A stretch of 64,000 nt of DNA from Macrostomum lignano (lineage: Eukaryota), in the NCBI GenBank assembly GCA_002269645.1, contig NIVC01000251.1:620001-684000 (forward strand). Reading direction: 5' to 3'. The translations under genes and the position numbers were made by a program. This document shows positions 1-13,834 of the stretch, piece by piece. Below the pieces are notes generated by a model that was given only the letters and a program-made list of their open reading frames with translations, made no database searches and was not told the origin of the DNA. Each line of letters begins with the position of its first letter. Position 1 is the first letter of the stretch.

Positions 1-110
1 GTGAGAGTCACAGAGAATCTACAGTGAGAGTCACAGAGAATCTACAGTGAGAGTCACAGAGAATCTACAGTGAGAGTCACAGAGAATCTACCGTGAGACT
101 CACAGAGATT
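1..110. repeat. 23-bp minisatellite (GTGAGAGTCACAGAGAATCTACA)n, truncated by the window edge
   Basis: About 4.7 near-perfect copies read directly. Confidence 0.9.
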
Positions 111-638
111 TTACTATGGTTAGTCACGAGTTTATTAAATAGTTTTATTGATTTATTTATTTTACAGGAAAGCAGTTTAAATTAGCCTTACCACTTGACT
201 CATGCTCAGATGAAGAATCTGTTTGGAGTGTGGAATCGCCAGTTGGACTTATCTCAGTGGCACAGGGGGGGGGGCGCTAGCAAGCCATTGACTTGGTATT
301 TAAATGGAACGGTTGCAAATATAAAGTCCCTGACTATTAAAATAGTTTACACTAGTATACGAGCATATAGCTGAAACCAACACTCGAATAAGTGCTCATT
401 TCCGGTCGAATTATTTTTTGAGTTTGGCCAGCTAAAAAAACTAAAATGTTTTTCGTTTTAGCTGTCAGGGTTATTTTGAAGGTCAGTCGCTGGTGTGTCT
501 TTTGGATTTAACTCTCTGGCTGTGAGGGTAATTTTAGCGACATCATGTACTTACTTACTTACTACTGACGGGGGGCGCAGGCGCCGCGAATAGGCCGCGA
601 GGCCCCTATCGCAACCCCAAGGTAAAAGAGCACAAGGA

Positions 639-3080
639 TTAGCCTTGGGGGTGCGCCCAGTCCCCGCCAGTAGTCGGCAGGTCCGCAGTGGAGGCATCGG
701 CGACCCTCATCCGGCCGGAGTCCCGGACGAAGGCGCGGAGGTCTCGGATATTGTCCGCGGTGGTCAGCTCGTCCATCCGCTGGGGGTGGCCGAGGTATTT
801 GTGCCGCGCCTTGTTGAAGTAAGGGCAGAAGGTGACGTGATGCTCCGCGGTCTCCTCTCCTATGCCACAGAAGGGACAGGTGGGAGGGCAACCGGTTTGC
901 AACGATATATGTCTCTGGAAGAATCCGTGGCCGGTTAGGACCATGCACATCTCCCTGAGGTCGGTTCTGTTAAGCGAAATCAGATAATCAGAGACTTTCC
1001 TGTTCAGGTTAGGCATGGCAGAGCGGCTCTGCCTGTACTCGGTGCAGCTGTTCCAGTGGAGCTGGTGCTGCTGATGGAGCCACCTGTTGATATGGCGGGT
1101 GACTTGCGACCTGGGGGTGGGTAGCCTCATCAGACGGTGGTTGCCGTCTGGGTTGCTGCCCTCCTTGGCGAGAGAGTCCGCGAGCTCGTTGCCCAGGATG
1201 TTGCTGTGACCAGGTGTCCAGATAATTCTAATCCTGTTAAGGACTGAGAGAGATTGCACACTGCGGTGGCATTGAGATACTGTAGCAGCGGAGATATTCT
1301 CAGTGGTTAAGGCCTTAATAGCAGCTTGGCTATCAGTGTAGAAATTAATGTCAAAATTATTAATGTTCGCCTGAAACAGTTGCTGGGCACACTGCTCAAT
1401 GGCGCAAATTTCAGCTTGGAAAACTGAGGTGTTCTCACCGAGGTGCAGACTTTCCTGGAGAAGCATCTTACCCTCGTGGAAAATGGCAATACCCGCTCCA
1501 GCGCGGCCGTTGAACAGCGAGCCGTCGGTGAAGCAGTGAATGCCCTGGCTGCGCCGGTTCACACCGACATCCAGCGGAATGTTGTCTCGGCCAGGGATGG
1601 CGGTCTTGAAGCCCCTCCTGATGTTGAGGGCGGGAGGTCGACTATCCACATTGCCCAGGTCCATGTGGATGTTGTTAAGGTCGCGGCGGACAAAGTCCAT
1701 ATGCGGGATTAATGTTTTCATTGGCATAAAGCCAGAGGGCGCGTTATTTAACGTTTTATCTCTGATAAGCCGGGAGGCAGACTTCATAGCCTCCGCCCTA
1801 ATAAATAGGTGAAGCGGAGGTAGGTTAAGGATAGTGTTCAGCCCCTCGTAAGGGGTGGACGGGTACGCACCTGTGATGGCACGGCAAATGCTGCCCTGAA
1901 GCTGGTACAGCCGCTGACGGGCGGCCTTCTGCTCCAGCACGCTAGTCCAGATGAGACTCGCGTATGTGATACTGGGCCGGATGATGCCGGTATAAATCCA
2001 ACGGACCGTTCTAGGCGAGAGGCCCCAAGTCGGCCCGATGGCTCTGCGCAGCTGGGCAAAGCAGCGTTTTGCCCGACCGATGACGTTATCAAGGTGCTTC
2101 GTCCAGCGCAGGTCATGCGTTAGCGTCACACCGAGGTATTTGACCTCCTTCTTGAAGGGGATGTTTCTGCCATAGACAGTGAGGTTTTTCATCTCCCACT
2201 TACGGCGCTTGGTGAAAACGACAGCGACAGTCTTAGTGACGCTGATTTTTAGGCCATGCTGTGTAGCCCAGTCGGCCGCCTTGTCGGCGAATTGCTGCAT
2301 CAGGTTGCGCAGAGTGGCGGGGTCGGGTCCGCTGACGACCGCGGCAACGTCATCGGCGTAGCCCGCCCTGGTGATACTGCTGGGAATGTCAGCGGTTAGA
2401 AGTTCGTCCATGACGAGATTCCAGAGAAGTGGAGTTAGCACGCCACCTTGCGGGCCGCCTTTCATCACCGCCCGGGTGAGGGTAACGCCCATAAGTGTGG
2501 ATGTCACAAACCTTTTGCGGATCATAAAATAAATCCAGCGAACAATGCTGTGTCTTACATTCCTGCGGGAAAGAGAATTTCTGAAGGAGCGGAAGAGGAC
2601 ATTGTCAAATGCTCCTTCGAAGTCAACGAACAACCCGCAAGCGAGTTGTTTGCTAAGGATGGCACTCTCAATTTTGGAGGTAATGGCGTGGAGAGCATGC
2701 TCAGTCGTCCTCCCAGGCTGGAAGGCGTACTGGTACTTACTGACAGGGTCGGAGCGCAGGTCGCACTCTCGAAGCCTCCACAGGATGAGCCTCTCCATCA
2801 GCTTAACACAAAAGGAAGTGAGGCTGATGGGCCGGAAGGATTTCACGTTGGTGTAGTCACCCTTAGCAGGTTTCGGGATGAACACGACTCTGGACATTCT
2901 CCAGATTGTGGGAATGTAACCTGTGGTATAACAGTCAACAAGCAATTTAGAGAAAGAATCAGCAAAGTTTTGCAGCTTTAGCGCCTCCTGCAGGATACAG
3001 GGGGCGATATTGTCAGGGCCAGACGATTTATACGGTTTAAAAGAATTTGCTGCCAGCTGGAGTAGCTGGGGGTGGCGCAC
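639..3080 (-). CDS. Retrotransposon ORF2, C-terminal part: reverse transcriptase, RNase H, CCHC zinc finger
   Basis: RT motifs [45 protein letters not shown]. RNase H motifs [34 protein letters not shown]-terminal CPFC-x8-H-x4-C. Confidence 0.95.
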   Translation of the reverse strand: MRHPQLLQLAANSFKPYKSSGPDNIAPCILQEALKLQNFADSFSKLLVDCYTTGYIPTIWRMSRVVFIPKPAKGDYTNVKSFRPISLTSFCVKLMERLILWRLRECDLRSDPVSKYQYAFQPGRTTEHALHAITSKIESAILSKQLACGLFVDFEGAFDNVLFRSFRNSLSRRNVRHSIVRWIYFMIRKRFVTSTLMGVTLTRAVMKGGPQGGVLTPLLWNLVMDELLTADIPSSITRAGYADDVAAVVSGPDPATLRNLMQQFADKAADWATQHGLKISVTKTVAVVFTKRRKWEMKNLTVYGRNIPFKKEVKYLGVTLTHDLRWTKHLDNVIGRAKRCFAQLRRAIGPTWGLSPRTVRWIYTGIIRPSITYASLIWTSVLEQKAARQRLYQLQGSICRAITGAYPSTPYEGLNTILNLPPLHLFIRAEAMKSASRLIRDKTLNNAPSGFMPMKTLIPHMDFVRRDLNNIHMDLGNVDSRPPALNIRRGFKTAIPGRDNIPLDVGVNRRSQGIHCFTDGSLFNGRAGAGIAIFHEGKMLLQESLHLGENTSVFQAEICAIEQCAQQLFQANINNFDINFYTDSQAAIKALTTENISAATVSQCHRSVQSLSVLNRIRIIWTPGHSNILGNELADSLAKEGSNPDGNHRLMRLPTPRSQVTRHINRWLHQQHQLHWNSCTEYRQSRSAMPNLNRKVSDYLISLNRTDLREMCMVLTGHGFFQRHISLQTGCPPTCPFCGIGEETAEHHVTFCPYFNKARHKYLGHPQRMDELTTADNIRDLRAFVRDSGRMRVADASTADLPTTGGDWAHPQG

Positions 3081-4455
3081 TGCTGGAAAAGCTTGTGATC
3101 ACAAGGCCTGTGGTCATCGACCACGTACTCCGGTTCGTCAACCTGCGGAAAGCAGGTGGAGAAAAGAAGATTTAGCGAACCTTCGGCACTGGTAGTGTAG
3201 TTACCATCCAGGTGCAGAAGGGAGTTACACTGAGCTAGCGTGTCGTGCCTGAGAGTCCTGACCAGCCGGGCTGTGGGGTGTTGCCCTTCCAGGCCGGCGC
3301 AGTAGGCTTTCCAGGTGGTCTTCTTAGCCCTTCGGATAGCACTTTTGTACATCCTCAGAGCAGAGTGGTAGTTCTCCCAATCCTCTGGGGTATTCGAGCC
3401 GTTTGCGAGGCGTTGCAGTCGGCGGGTGTTTTTCTTCATGCGAGTGAGCTCTTGACTCCACCAAGGAGAGTATTTCTTCCTGCAAAACAGCTTAGGGGCG
3501 TTAGCGCGTATGGCGGTGTTTAGGATCTCAACGAGGGAGTTGCACCGATGCTCAATGCCAGGGAGATCCTCGCTGGAGTCCGGTAAGTTGGCTTCGGTCA
3601 GGAGTTTTAGCAGGTCTCTTCGAAAACCTGTCCAGTCGGCCTTTTTCAAATTAAGGCGGTCCCGGTTCTCATGACGGGCTCCGACGGAGCTGATGCTGTA
3701 CTGAATGTACGAGTGGTCGGAAAGCGATGGGAGGTCATCCCTAACCAGCCAGCTGTGGACCTGATTGAGGGCGTTGTTGGAGACGAGAGTGAGGTCGATA
3801 ACCTCACGCCGATTAGAGACAATAAATGTGGGTTTGCTGCCTCTGTTGCAAATGTGTAACGAGGAGGAGTTAATGAAATCAATTAGTAAGTCACCGCGCC
3901 TGTTAGTATCGCTACTAGACCAGGCAGTGTTGTGGGCGTTAGCATCGCAGCTAACGATAAGCTTCCGATCCTGGAGATTACAGAAGTCCGCCAGCTCCTG
4001 CAGGAGGGGGGGAGGGACGTCCTCCTGAATGTCCAGGTAAGCGGAAACGAAGGTCAAGTCAAAGACTGAGAAAGTACACATGTCTTTAGAGCAAAACATT
4101 GGCATAATAGTGGCCGGGAGGTCGTTTTTGACGAGGGCGATAGCTCTGGGGGTGTCGTTCGCGCAGAGGTACAGAACCTGATAGCCTGGCGGCAGGCAGG
4201 TCGGCTTCCCCTTGCGGGTATACGGTTCCTGAATAAGGTAGATGTCAACTTCCTTGTTGGCAAAGGTGCCTGAAAGGTTGCTAGATGCTGCAAGGGCGTG
4301 GTGCAGGTTGATCTGAATAATGTGCAGGTTAACAGGTTGGTTCGCCGGCGGCGGATTATTTATTTGGTTGCTGGTGGCAGTGTCATCATTGGGCTGGCCG
4401 TTAAGGTTCGCCCTCAGCGCCCCGCTCCTAGTTTGGCACGGGGTTGGGAACGGCA

Positions 4456-4456
<1 letters not shown>
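2978..4456 (-). CDS. Retrotransposon ORF2, N-terminal part: apurinic-like endonuclease (EEP fold), frameshifted relative to the RT
   Basis: Motifs [28 protein letters not shown]...IDLTL, SDH are typical of LINE APE domains. It overlaps the RT ORF in a different frame. Confidence 0.93.
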
Positions 4457-5517
<1,061 letters not shown>

Positions 5518-5949
5518 TTATCCCAGGATTGCTCCCAGGCGAGGCTCCGGCGGGCCCCCGGTCCACACTCTGCAAGATCAGGGGGCGGGAGGCCGGCTGC
5601 GGGCTTGGGACACAGGCGCCAGGTCGAGTTGACAGCCGACGCCCGAGCCCTCCCCCACAAGAGCGGCCCTCGAGAACCCGTGTGGTACCAGTTGCAACTA
5701 AGGGCTGTCGATGGGTAGTTGGCGCTTAGCCAGCAGCCAACTACTTAGCAGCCACCTGCCCCGCAAAAAAGCAGCAGGGGGGATCCGTCCCCCACCAGCA
5801 GACCAAGACGAGGAAGCTAGCCGCTTCCACGCCAGGCCAGAACGAAAAGGAGGGGGAAGAGCCTCCTCGAAAAACGAAAAGCTGGCGGATGTCACAGAGT
5901 CCCTCGGTTTAAGTTGCCGTTTGCCCCCCCGACATCATGTATATATTGT

Positions 5950-6200
5950 TGAGATTTCAGTGTCTAACATGTTACAGTGAAAATCTAACAGATCTCCAGT
6001 GTCCATGCCTAACATACTACAATGAAAGTTTAACAGATATCCAGTGTCTAACATGTCTAACATGTTACAATGAAAGTTTAACAGATATCCAGTGTCTAAC
6101 ATGTCTAACATGTTACAGTGAAAATCTAACAGATATCCAGTGTCTAACATGTCCAGCATGTTACAGTGAAAATCTAACAGATATCCAGTGTCTAACAGTT
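5950..6200. repeat. About 48-bp tandem repeat (CCAGTGTCTAACATGTCTAACATGTTAC...) upstream of the GPCR
   Basis: About 5 copies; the translation shows 16-aa periodicity. Confidence 0.85.
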
Positions 6201-6441
6201 CAAAAAGAGACTTTTCTGTCGAAATTCTGTCCATCTGCGCCAAAAGAACGTTACAGAAACATACAGAAGGCTCAAAAGCAATGCTCAACAATCTTTCGAT
6301 TTGAGCCAATCAGAGAAATGAAGGAATAGAGAAAAAATGGGAATGAGTTAACGAGCGGCTTATAAGACAGTTTGGGAAGGCTTGATCCTTCGAGCCGAAT
6401 TCTCCAAAACCCTTGCTACCCCGACTGCATCCTTTGTCGCC

Positions 6442-9400
6442 ATGGAAACTGAAGACGCTAACGACGATAGCATGCACCAGACAACGGCGGAGACGCAGCG
6501 AATGACATTCATCCTGACCGGTTGCACCGGCACAGCCGTCTGCTGCTTTGGCATTGTTGCAAATCTGCTTTCGCTAGCTGTGCTGACTAAGAAATGCATG
6601 CGAAGCAGCAACACGAACCTGTACTTGTGCGCTCTGGCTGTGGCGGACACGATGGTTCTGCTCATGTCCACTCTGGTGTTTCTAAAAAATACTCGAACAG
6701 ATTTTGATTCGCCAGAATTTCTAGTCTGGAGCGACTTCCCAGCAATGCCCTACATCTACATGTACTCGCATGCCATGAACCTGCTGTTCCAGGCGAGTGA
6801 TGCTGCTGTTAGATCTGTTAGATCGAGTTAGCCCATGTGTTTGCCGTTGGACTGAGGTCTCTGTTCTCACCTGATGTAGACTGTTCTCACCTCCTACAGA
6901 CACTGTTCTCCTCTGTTTACAGACACTGTCCTCCTCTGTTTACAGACATTATCCTCACCTGTTTACAGACATTATCCTCACCTGTTTACAGATATTATCC
7001 TCACCTGTTTACAGACATTATCCTTACCTGTTTACAGACATTATCCTTATACCTGTTTACAGACATTATCCTTACCTGTTTACAGACATTATCCTTACCT
7101 GTTTACAGACATTATCCTTACCTGTTTACAGACATTATCCTTACCTGTTTACAGACATTATCCTCACCTGTTTACAGACATTATCCTCTCATCTGTTTTA
7201 AACAGAAAAATCCTCACCTGTTTACAGAAATTATTTTCACCTGTTTACGGACATTGTTCTCACCTGTTTACAGACATTATCCTTACCTGTTTACAGACAT
7301 TATCCTCACCTGTTTACAGACATTTATCCTCCTCTGTTTACAGACACTGTCCTCCTCTGTTTACAGACATTATCCTCACCTGTTTACAGACATTATTCTC
7401 ACCTGTTTACAGACATTATTCTTACCTGTTTACAGACATTATCCTCACCTGTTTACAGACATTATCCTCACCTGTTTACAGACATTATTCTCACCTGTTT
7501 ACAGACATTATCCTTACCTGTTTACAGACATTATCCTCACCTGTTTACAGACATTATCCTCACCTGTTTACAGACATTATCCTCACCTGTTTACAGACAT
7601 TATCCTCACCTGTTTACAGACATTATTCTCACCTGTTTACAGACATTATCCTTACCTGTTTACAGACATTATCCTTACCTGTTTACAGACATTATCCTTA
7701 CCTGTTTACAGACATTATCCTCACCTGTTTACAGACATTATCCTTACCTGTTTACAGACATTATCCTCACCTGTTTACAGACATTATCCTCACCTGTTTA
7801 CAGACATTATCCTCACCTGTTTACAGACATTATCCTCACCTGTTTACAGACATTATCCTCTCATCTGTTTACAGACATTATCCTCACCTGTTTACAGACA
7901 TTATCCTTACCTGTTTACAGACATTATCCTCACCTGTTTACAGACATTATCCTCTCATCTGTTTACAGACATTATCCTCTCATCTGTTTACAGACATTAT
8001 CCTTACCTGTTTACAGACATTATCCTCACCTGTTTACAGACATTATCCTCTCATCTGTTTACAGACATTATTCTTACCTGTTTACAGACATTATCCTTAC
8101 CTGTTTACAGACATTATCCTCACCTGTTTACAGACATTATCCTCACCTGTTTACAGACATTATCCTCACCTGTTTACAGACATTATCCTCTCATCTGTTT
8201 ACAGACATTATCCTCACCTGTTTACAGACATTATCCTCACCTGTTTACAGACATTATCCTCTCATCTGTTTACAGACATTATTCTTACCTGTTTACAGAC
8301 ATTATCTTTACCTATCCTTACCTGTTTACAAACATAATCCTCACCTGTTTACAGACATTATTTTCACCTGTTTACAGACAGTATCTTCACCTGTTTACAG
8401 GCATTACAAAGTTAATTCTTAAAGGTAATCCTTCTTGAGCAGTTGAGTCACTTGAGTAGTTAAAATCAAGGCAAGTCATCAAGCACAAGAATCCTTTTGA
8501 AGTTGAGAAGAAACTTTCAAATTGCTTCCCAAGCCTAACTACCTTTTTTACTAGTCAATTTCCACTTGCTTCTGTGAGCCCCGATGCAGAAACTCTTTGA
8601 GCGAAGCCTTATATGGTCGAAAAGCTTTCAGATAATTAAGAAGCTCCGTTTACAGGTATAGAGTGAAGCTTGCCAACTACAGCAAGCCCAAAATCACTTA
8701 TCATGTAGAGTCTGCTTGGCAGGAGTCGGAGCTGCACTTTTATTGCCTATTTGCCGTCACGTGATTTGCCTGCTGGCTGAAAGTTACCCGCGCTGAGCAG
8801 CTAGAGCCGCCCCCGTCTCCCCCGACTCTGCTCCCGCTGCCCCTATTTCCAACGTGTCATATTCACTTGCTATCTTTTAAAGTATATCTCTGCTGCAGAT
8901 CCCTGCCTCGCGCCCTCGATTGAACTCGCCTCTCCTCCGCCTCTCACCCGCACCCTCACCAGCCCTCTCCTCCGCCTCTCACCCGCACCCTCACCAGCCC
9001 TCTCCTCCGCCTATCACCCGCACCCTCACCAGCCCTCTCCTCCGCCTCTCACCCGCACCCTCACCAGCCCTCTCCTCCGCCTATCACCCGCACCCTCACC
9101 AGCCCTCTCCTCCGCCTCTCACCCGCACCCTCACTAGCCCTCTCCTCCGCCTCTCACCCGCACCCTCACCAGCCCTCTCCTCCGCCTCTCACCCGCACCC
9201 TCACCAGCCCTCTCCTCCGCCTCTCACCCGCACCCTCACCAGCCCTCTCCTCCACCTGCACCCTCACCAGCCCTCTCCTCCGCCCTCTCCTCTGCCCTCT
9301 CCGTCTACTCTCTCCTCCGCCCTCTCCTCCGCCTTTTACTCCTCCCTCTCCTCCGCCCTTTCACCCGGCATCTCCTCCGCCCTCTCCTCCGCCCTCTCCT

Positions 9401-12400
9401 CCGCCTTTTACTCCTCCCTCTCCTCTGCCACTTCATCAATCTCCCTCAACCGCTCTTCCCTCTAACGCATGAATCTCAAATATATCCATAAATAAATAAT
9501 TACGGTAAAAATGGAGCAGCAAGGAACAACAGCTGTTAGTGCCTAGTGACAGGGAAGTTACCGTAATTACTGAGTCTCCACATTGTGTTAGAAAAATAAT
9601 TTAACATACTCACATACAATATTCACTCACTGGCTCGCTGTGAAGAGTGATTAAACAGAATACAATGAATTTTTCAGCAACAGGTGCAGCTCGCTATGCA
9701 AATTTTTCCAAGGAAGATTCGTGACCAAGCAAACACCCAGAAAATAACATTGCGACCCAGAGCATCAAGCAGTCAAAATATTTTGATTTTTTCATAGTTG
9801 TATCTAACTTGCAAATCGACTAACCTTCAAAAAAACAAAATAATTTAAAAATTTAATTTTAAAAAAATTTGGTTCGATTAAAACAAAAATGCTTTAAAAT
9901 GCTTTTAGCGTTATAATTGTATAAAGCTATATAATATAGATGCTTTATTTTTATAGTTTCCGGATTTTCGCGCGAATTTAAATTTTTCAATACCCAAGGT
10001 TCCGGAATTAAATATTATGCATATTATGCATCTACGAGTACATGGTAAAATTTCGTACAAGTATAACAAGGCTCATAATCTTTTCACTGTTAAGCAACGG
10101 TTGCTTACTGTAAATCCAGGAAAAAGCCAAAATAATCTCCCTTCATCATGCAGAGCTGTGTGAGTCCGTATATCACAAAGACAACTCAACAAAAAGGAGG
10201 GGGGCCTGAGAGACTAACAAGATGACAGAGACTGAAGGAAAATGAATAGTTTTGTTTGAAAAGTTGCGAGCCGCACACTGACTAAGATGGGGAGCAAGAA
10301 TCTTTGAAGAGTTAGCCTTTTTTTTCCTTTGGAGCAGCTGCGCGTGTTCCCCAGTAATTACAGGATTCAACCAGGTAAGCCGACAAGGCAATGACTACCT
10401 GTACCGTGTTTGAGCAGCTTCTCAAGTAGAAAACTTTTAAATTAGGTCTCGTTAGAATTGTCAGGCGGGACAACAAAAAAAGCACGCAGCTGTCGATTTA
10501 TTTTGGGAGCTGCTCAAATTCATATCGTTCTTTTGTTTTCTCGACAAACCGTAGCCCGGCTGACTTGTTGTAGCCAGACTAATTAGGGATGCTTCTGGCT
10601 TCGGTCTGAACTGATTGCTTTATTCTCGAGATTCTTTAGGAGTTCAGCACTAGGCTGATTAGTGGACGAAGGCTGCAACTTTGTGTGTCTAAAGATGAAT
10701 AAAAACATTGATTAGTAAGAATTGCTACCAAGGTTGTTGAAGTATAAATAAGAATTGGTGTTTTTAGATTCTCTCAACTGATAGATAAGGACTCTTACCT
10801 GATAGATAAGGACTCTTACCTGATAGATAAGGACTCTTACCTGATAGATAAGGACTCTTACCTGATAGATAAGGACTCTTACCTGATAGATAAGGACTCT
10901 TACCTGATAGATAAGGACTCTTACCTGATAGATAAGGACTCTTACCTGATAGATAAGGACTCTTACCTGATAGATAAGGACTCTTACCTGATAGATAAGG
11001 ACTTTTACCTGATAGATAAGGACTCTTACCTGATAGATAAGGACTCTTACCTGATAGATAAGGACTCTTACCTGATAGATAAGGACTTTTACCTGATAGA
11101 TAAGGACTCTTACCTGATAGATAAGGACTCTTACCTGATAGATAAGGACTCTTACCTGATAGATAAGGACTCTTACCTGATAGATAAAGACTCTTACCTG
11201 ACAGATAAGGACTCTTACCTGATGGATAAAGACTCTCACCTGATAGATAAGGACTCTCACCTGATAGATAAGAACTCCTACCTGATAGATAAGGACTCTT
11301 ACCTGATAGATAAGGACTCTCAACTGATAGATAAGGACTCCTACCTGATACATAAGGCCTCTTACCTGATAGATAAGGCCTCTTACCTGATAGATAAGGA
11401 CTCTTATCTGATGGATAAAGACTCTTACCTGATAGATAAGGACTTACCTAATAGATAAGGACTCTCAGCTGATAGATAAGGATTCCCACCTGATAGATAA
11501 TGATTGTCACCTGTTATAGATAAATAGATTTTAGTATCAGCACCTGACTGATAAAGATTCTCAATTGGGAAATACGGGTAAAATTATTGCCTATTAAACA
11601 AAAAACCCCAAGCCATCTGATAAACAATAACTGAAGCTGAGGCCAAGAATAAAACAACAGACCCTATCGAACACCTTTGTCAGGTGGCATCTGTGTGGCT
11701 AACCGTGGCCTTCACAGCCGACCGCTACCTCATGATCTGCCATCCATTTCTTGCCGAGCGTCTCTGCAGTCGTCGTCTTGTTGGCCAGGTGGTAATTAGC
11801 ATATTCGTCTGCTCAACTCTCTACACCCTGCCTCGGCTATTTGAGCACGAAATTTTCACGCCCAATTTGCCGGAATTTTTGGCCAATCTGAACGACACAC
11901 AGTTGGATCGCCTGGAGAACCAGCTGGTGCAGCACCAGGCCAACGGCCGAGTATTGGCTTCACAGCTGAGACAGGTCTGAGTCTTCTAAGTGCTGATTTC
12001 CTGTTGCTAAGTGAGTGGCCTGCTAGGTTGTTAGACTTGGAATCAAGCTGTTAGATGAATACTCAAGCTGTTGGATAAATACTCAAGCTGTTAGATAAAT
12101 ACTCAAGCTGTTAGATAAATACTCAAGCTGTTAGATGAATACTCAAGCTGTTGGATAAATACTCAAGCTGTTAGATAAATACTCAAGCTGTTAGATAAAT
12201 ACTCAAGCTGTTGGATAAATACTCAAGCTGTTAGATAAATACTCAAGCTGTTAGATAAATACTCAAGCTGTTAGATGATTACTCAAGCTGTTAGATAAAT
12301 ACTCAAGCTGTTAGATAAATACTCAAGCTGTTAGATGAATACTCAAGCTGTTAGATGAATACTCAAGCTGTTAGATAAATACTCAAGCTGTTAGATAAAT

Positions 12401-13750
12401 ACTCAAGCTGTTGGATAAATACTCAAGCTGTTAGATAAATACTCAAGCTGTTAGATGAATACTCAAGCTGTTAGATAAATACTCAAGCTGTTAGATAAAT
12501 ACTCAAGCTGTTAGATGAATACTCAAGCTGTTAGATGAATACTCAAGCTGTTAGATGATTACTCAAGCTGTTAGATAAATACTCAAGCTGTTAGATGAAT
12601 ACTCAAGCTGTTAGATAAATACTCAAGCTGTTGGATAAATACTCAAGCTGTTAGATAAATACTCAAGCTGTTAGATGAATACTCAAGCTGTTAGATAAAT
12701 ACTCAAGCTGTTAGATAAATACTCAAGCTGTTAGATTAATTCTCCAGTGATTAGACAAGGACTGAAATTGTTAGACATGGACTCAATTGTTAGACAAAAA
12801 CTCAAGCTGTTAGATAACTACTCCAGCGGTTAGACAAGGACTCCAGCTGTACATCATGCGTTCCCCCTACTATTTTCCAGCTGGTGAAAGGCGGCGAACG
12901 AACCTGGTACCACCTGTCGAAATTGGGCGTTACCTCCGAGTACCGGATCTACTACCACCTGGTGGCCTGGCTAATCCTGGTAGTCCTGCTGCCCTTCATC
13001 AGTCTGGCTGTGATGAACGCCTTCCTAGTTCGGGCTGTTCGTCGGGCTCGCCAGCGAAGTCGCCGACTCAGCGGCTCCCTGAGCGTCGCCGGACCGCCGC
13101 AAGCCTCTTCGAGCAACTTCGCCGGAGGAGCAGCTGGCCGACCGGGCGGTCCTCAGGGCCCGGTTGGTCGTCATCAGCGGACAAGAAGCGACACCACCGT
13201 GATGCTAATCGGCGTCATTGTGCTTTTCTTCGTCTGTCAGATCCCCGCCGCCGTGATGCACGCCCTGTGGAGCACCAGGAAAATCGGGCAGAAGCTGGTC
13301 TTGGCCGACTACGCATTTCAAGACGTGTCGAACCTGTTGGTAGTGCTGAACTCAGCCATCAACATCGTGCCGTATTGCTTGTTTAGCGGCAAATTCCGTC
13401 GCCAGCTACTTGGGACTCTGCTCTGCTGCGCCGGCGCCCACTGCGCCAGGAAAATCGGCGCTTCGCTTGACGGCGCCGACGTGCCGAGGGCAGCCGTTGC
13501 GGCATCTGGTCTGAACCGGCTGGTCCAGTCTAGAACTATGGAGTTGCGCTCTGTGGCCGCTCAGAATAGCAGGCCTGCTGCGGAGGCTTCCATGTTGAAG
13601 CGGACGAGGAAACAGCAGCAGCAACAGCAGCAGCAAGCTGAGCAGAAGCAGAAAAAGAATCGAAATCCTAGAAGACAATCGACAATGTCGTTTGGCTATC
13701 ATTACGGACCGTTTCTAGTCGACGCTGAACTGATGTCCCTGCCAGTGTGA
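6442..13750 (+). CDS. Rhodopsin-class peptide GPCR, FMRFamide-receptor-like; exons 6442-6792, 11684-11974, 12881-13750 (about 503 aa)
   Basis: TM1 GIVANLLSL, TM2 LAVAD, TM3 TVAFTADRY, TM4 LYTLPRLFE, TM5 ILVVLLPF, TM6 FFVCQIP, TM7 NSAINIVPYC. Both joins are phase 0 (FQ|VAS, LRQ|LVK). Intron 1 is GC-AG; the intron 2 donor GTCTGA is weak. Confidence 0.88.
6890..8400. repeat. 23-bp minisatellite (CCTGTTTACAGACATTATCCTCA)n in GPCR intron 1
   Basis: About 60 copies; source of the spurious 533-aa ORF. Confidence 0.95.
8930..9460. repeat. 35-bp C-rich minisatellite decaying into CT-rich simple sequence
   Basis: Unit CCCTCTCCTCCGCCTCTCACCCGCACCCTCACCAG, about 10 copies. Confidence 0.9.
10770..11510. 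repeat. 21-bp minisatellite (CCTGATAGATAAGGACTCTTA)n
   Basis: About 33 copies, homogeneous on the left and degenerate on the right. Confidence 0.95.
12040..12850. repeat. 20-bp minisatellite (ACTCAAGCTGTTAGATAAAT)n filling GPCR intron 2
   Basis: About 35 clean copies plus a degenerate tail up to the acceptor. Confidence 0.95.
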
Positions 13751-13834
13751 GGCGAGTGATTCTCACAGTGTGACGCGGTTTTGTTTTAGCAGTCTCTATG
13801 TCTTTATGGGTTACGATTTTTGGATTCTGCTTCA

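Noticed and set aside
256-282. CAGTGGCACAGGGGGGGGGCG resembling the left end of the 29220 MITE candidate
   Set aside because: Too short and low-complexity, and no matching right terminus was found.
6837-8438. 533-aa ORF in GPCR intron 1
   Set aside because: Translation of a stop-free 23-bp minisatellite. The period is not a multiple of 3 and it has no splice connection to the gene.
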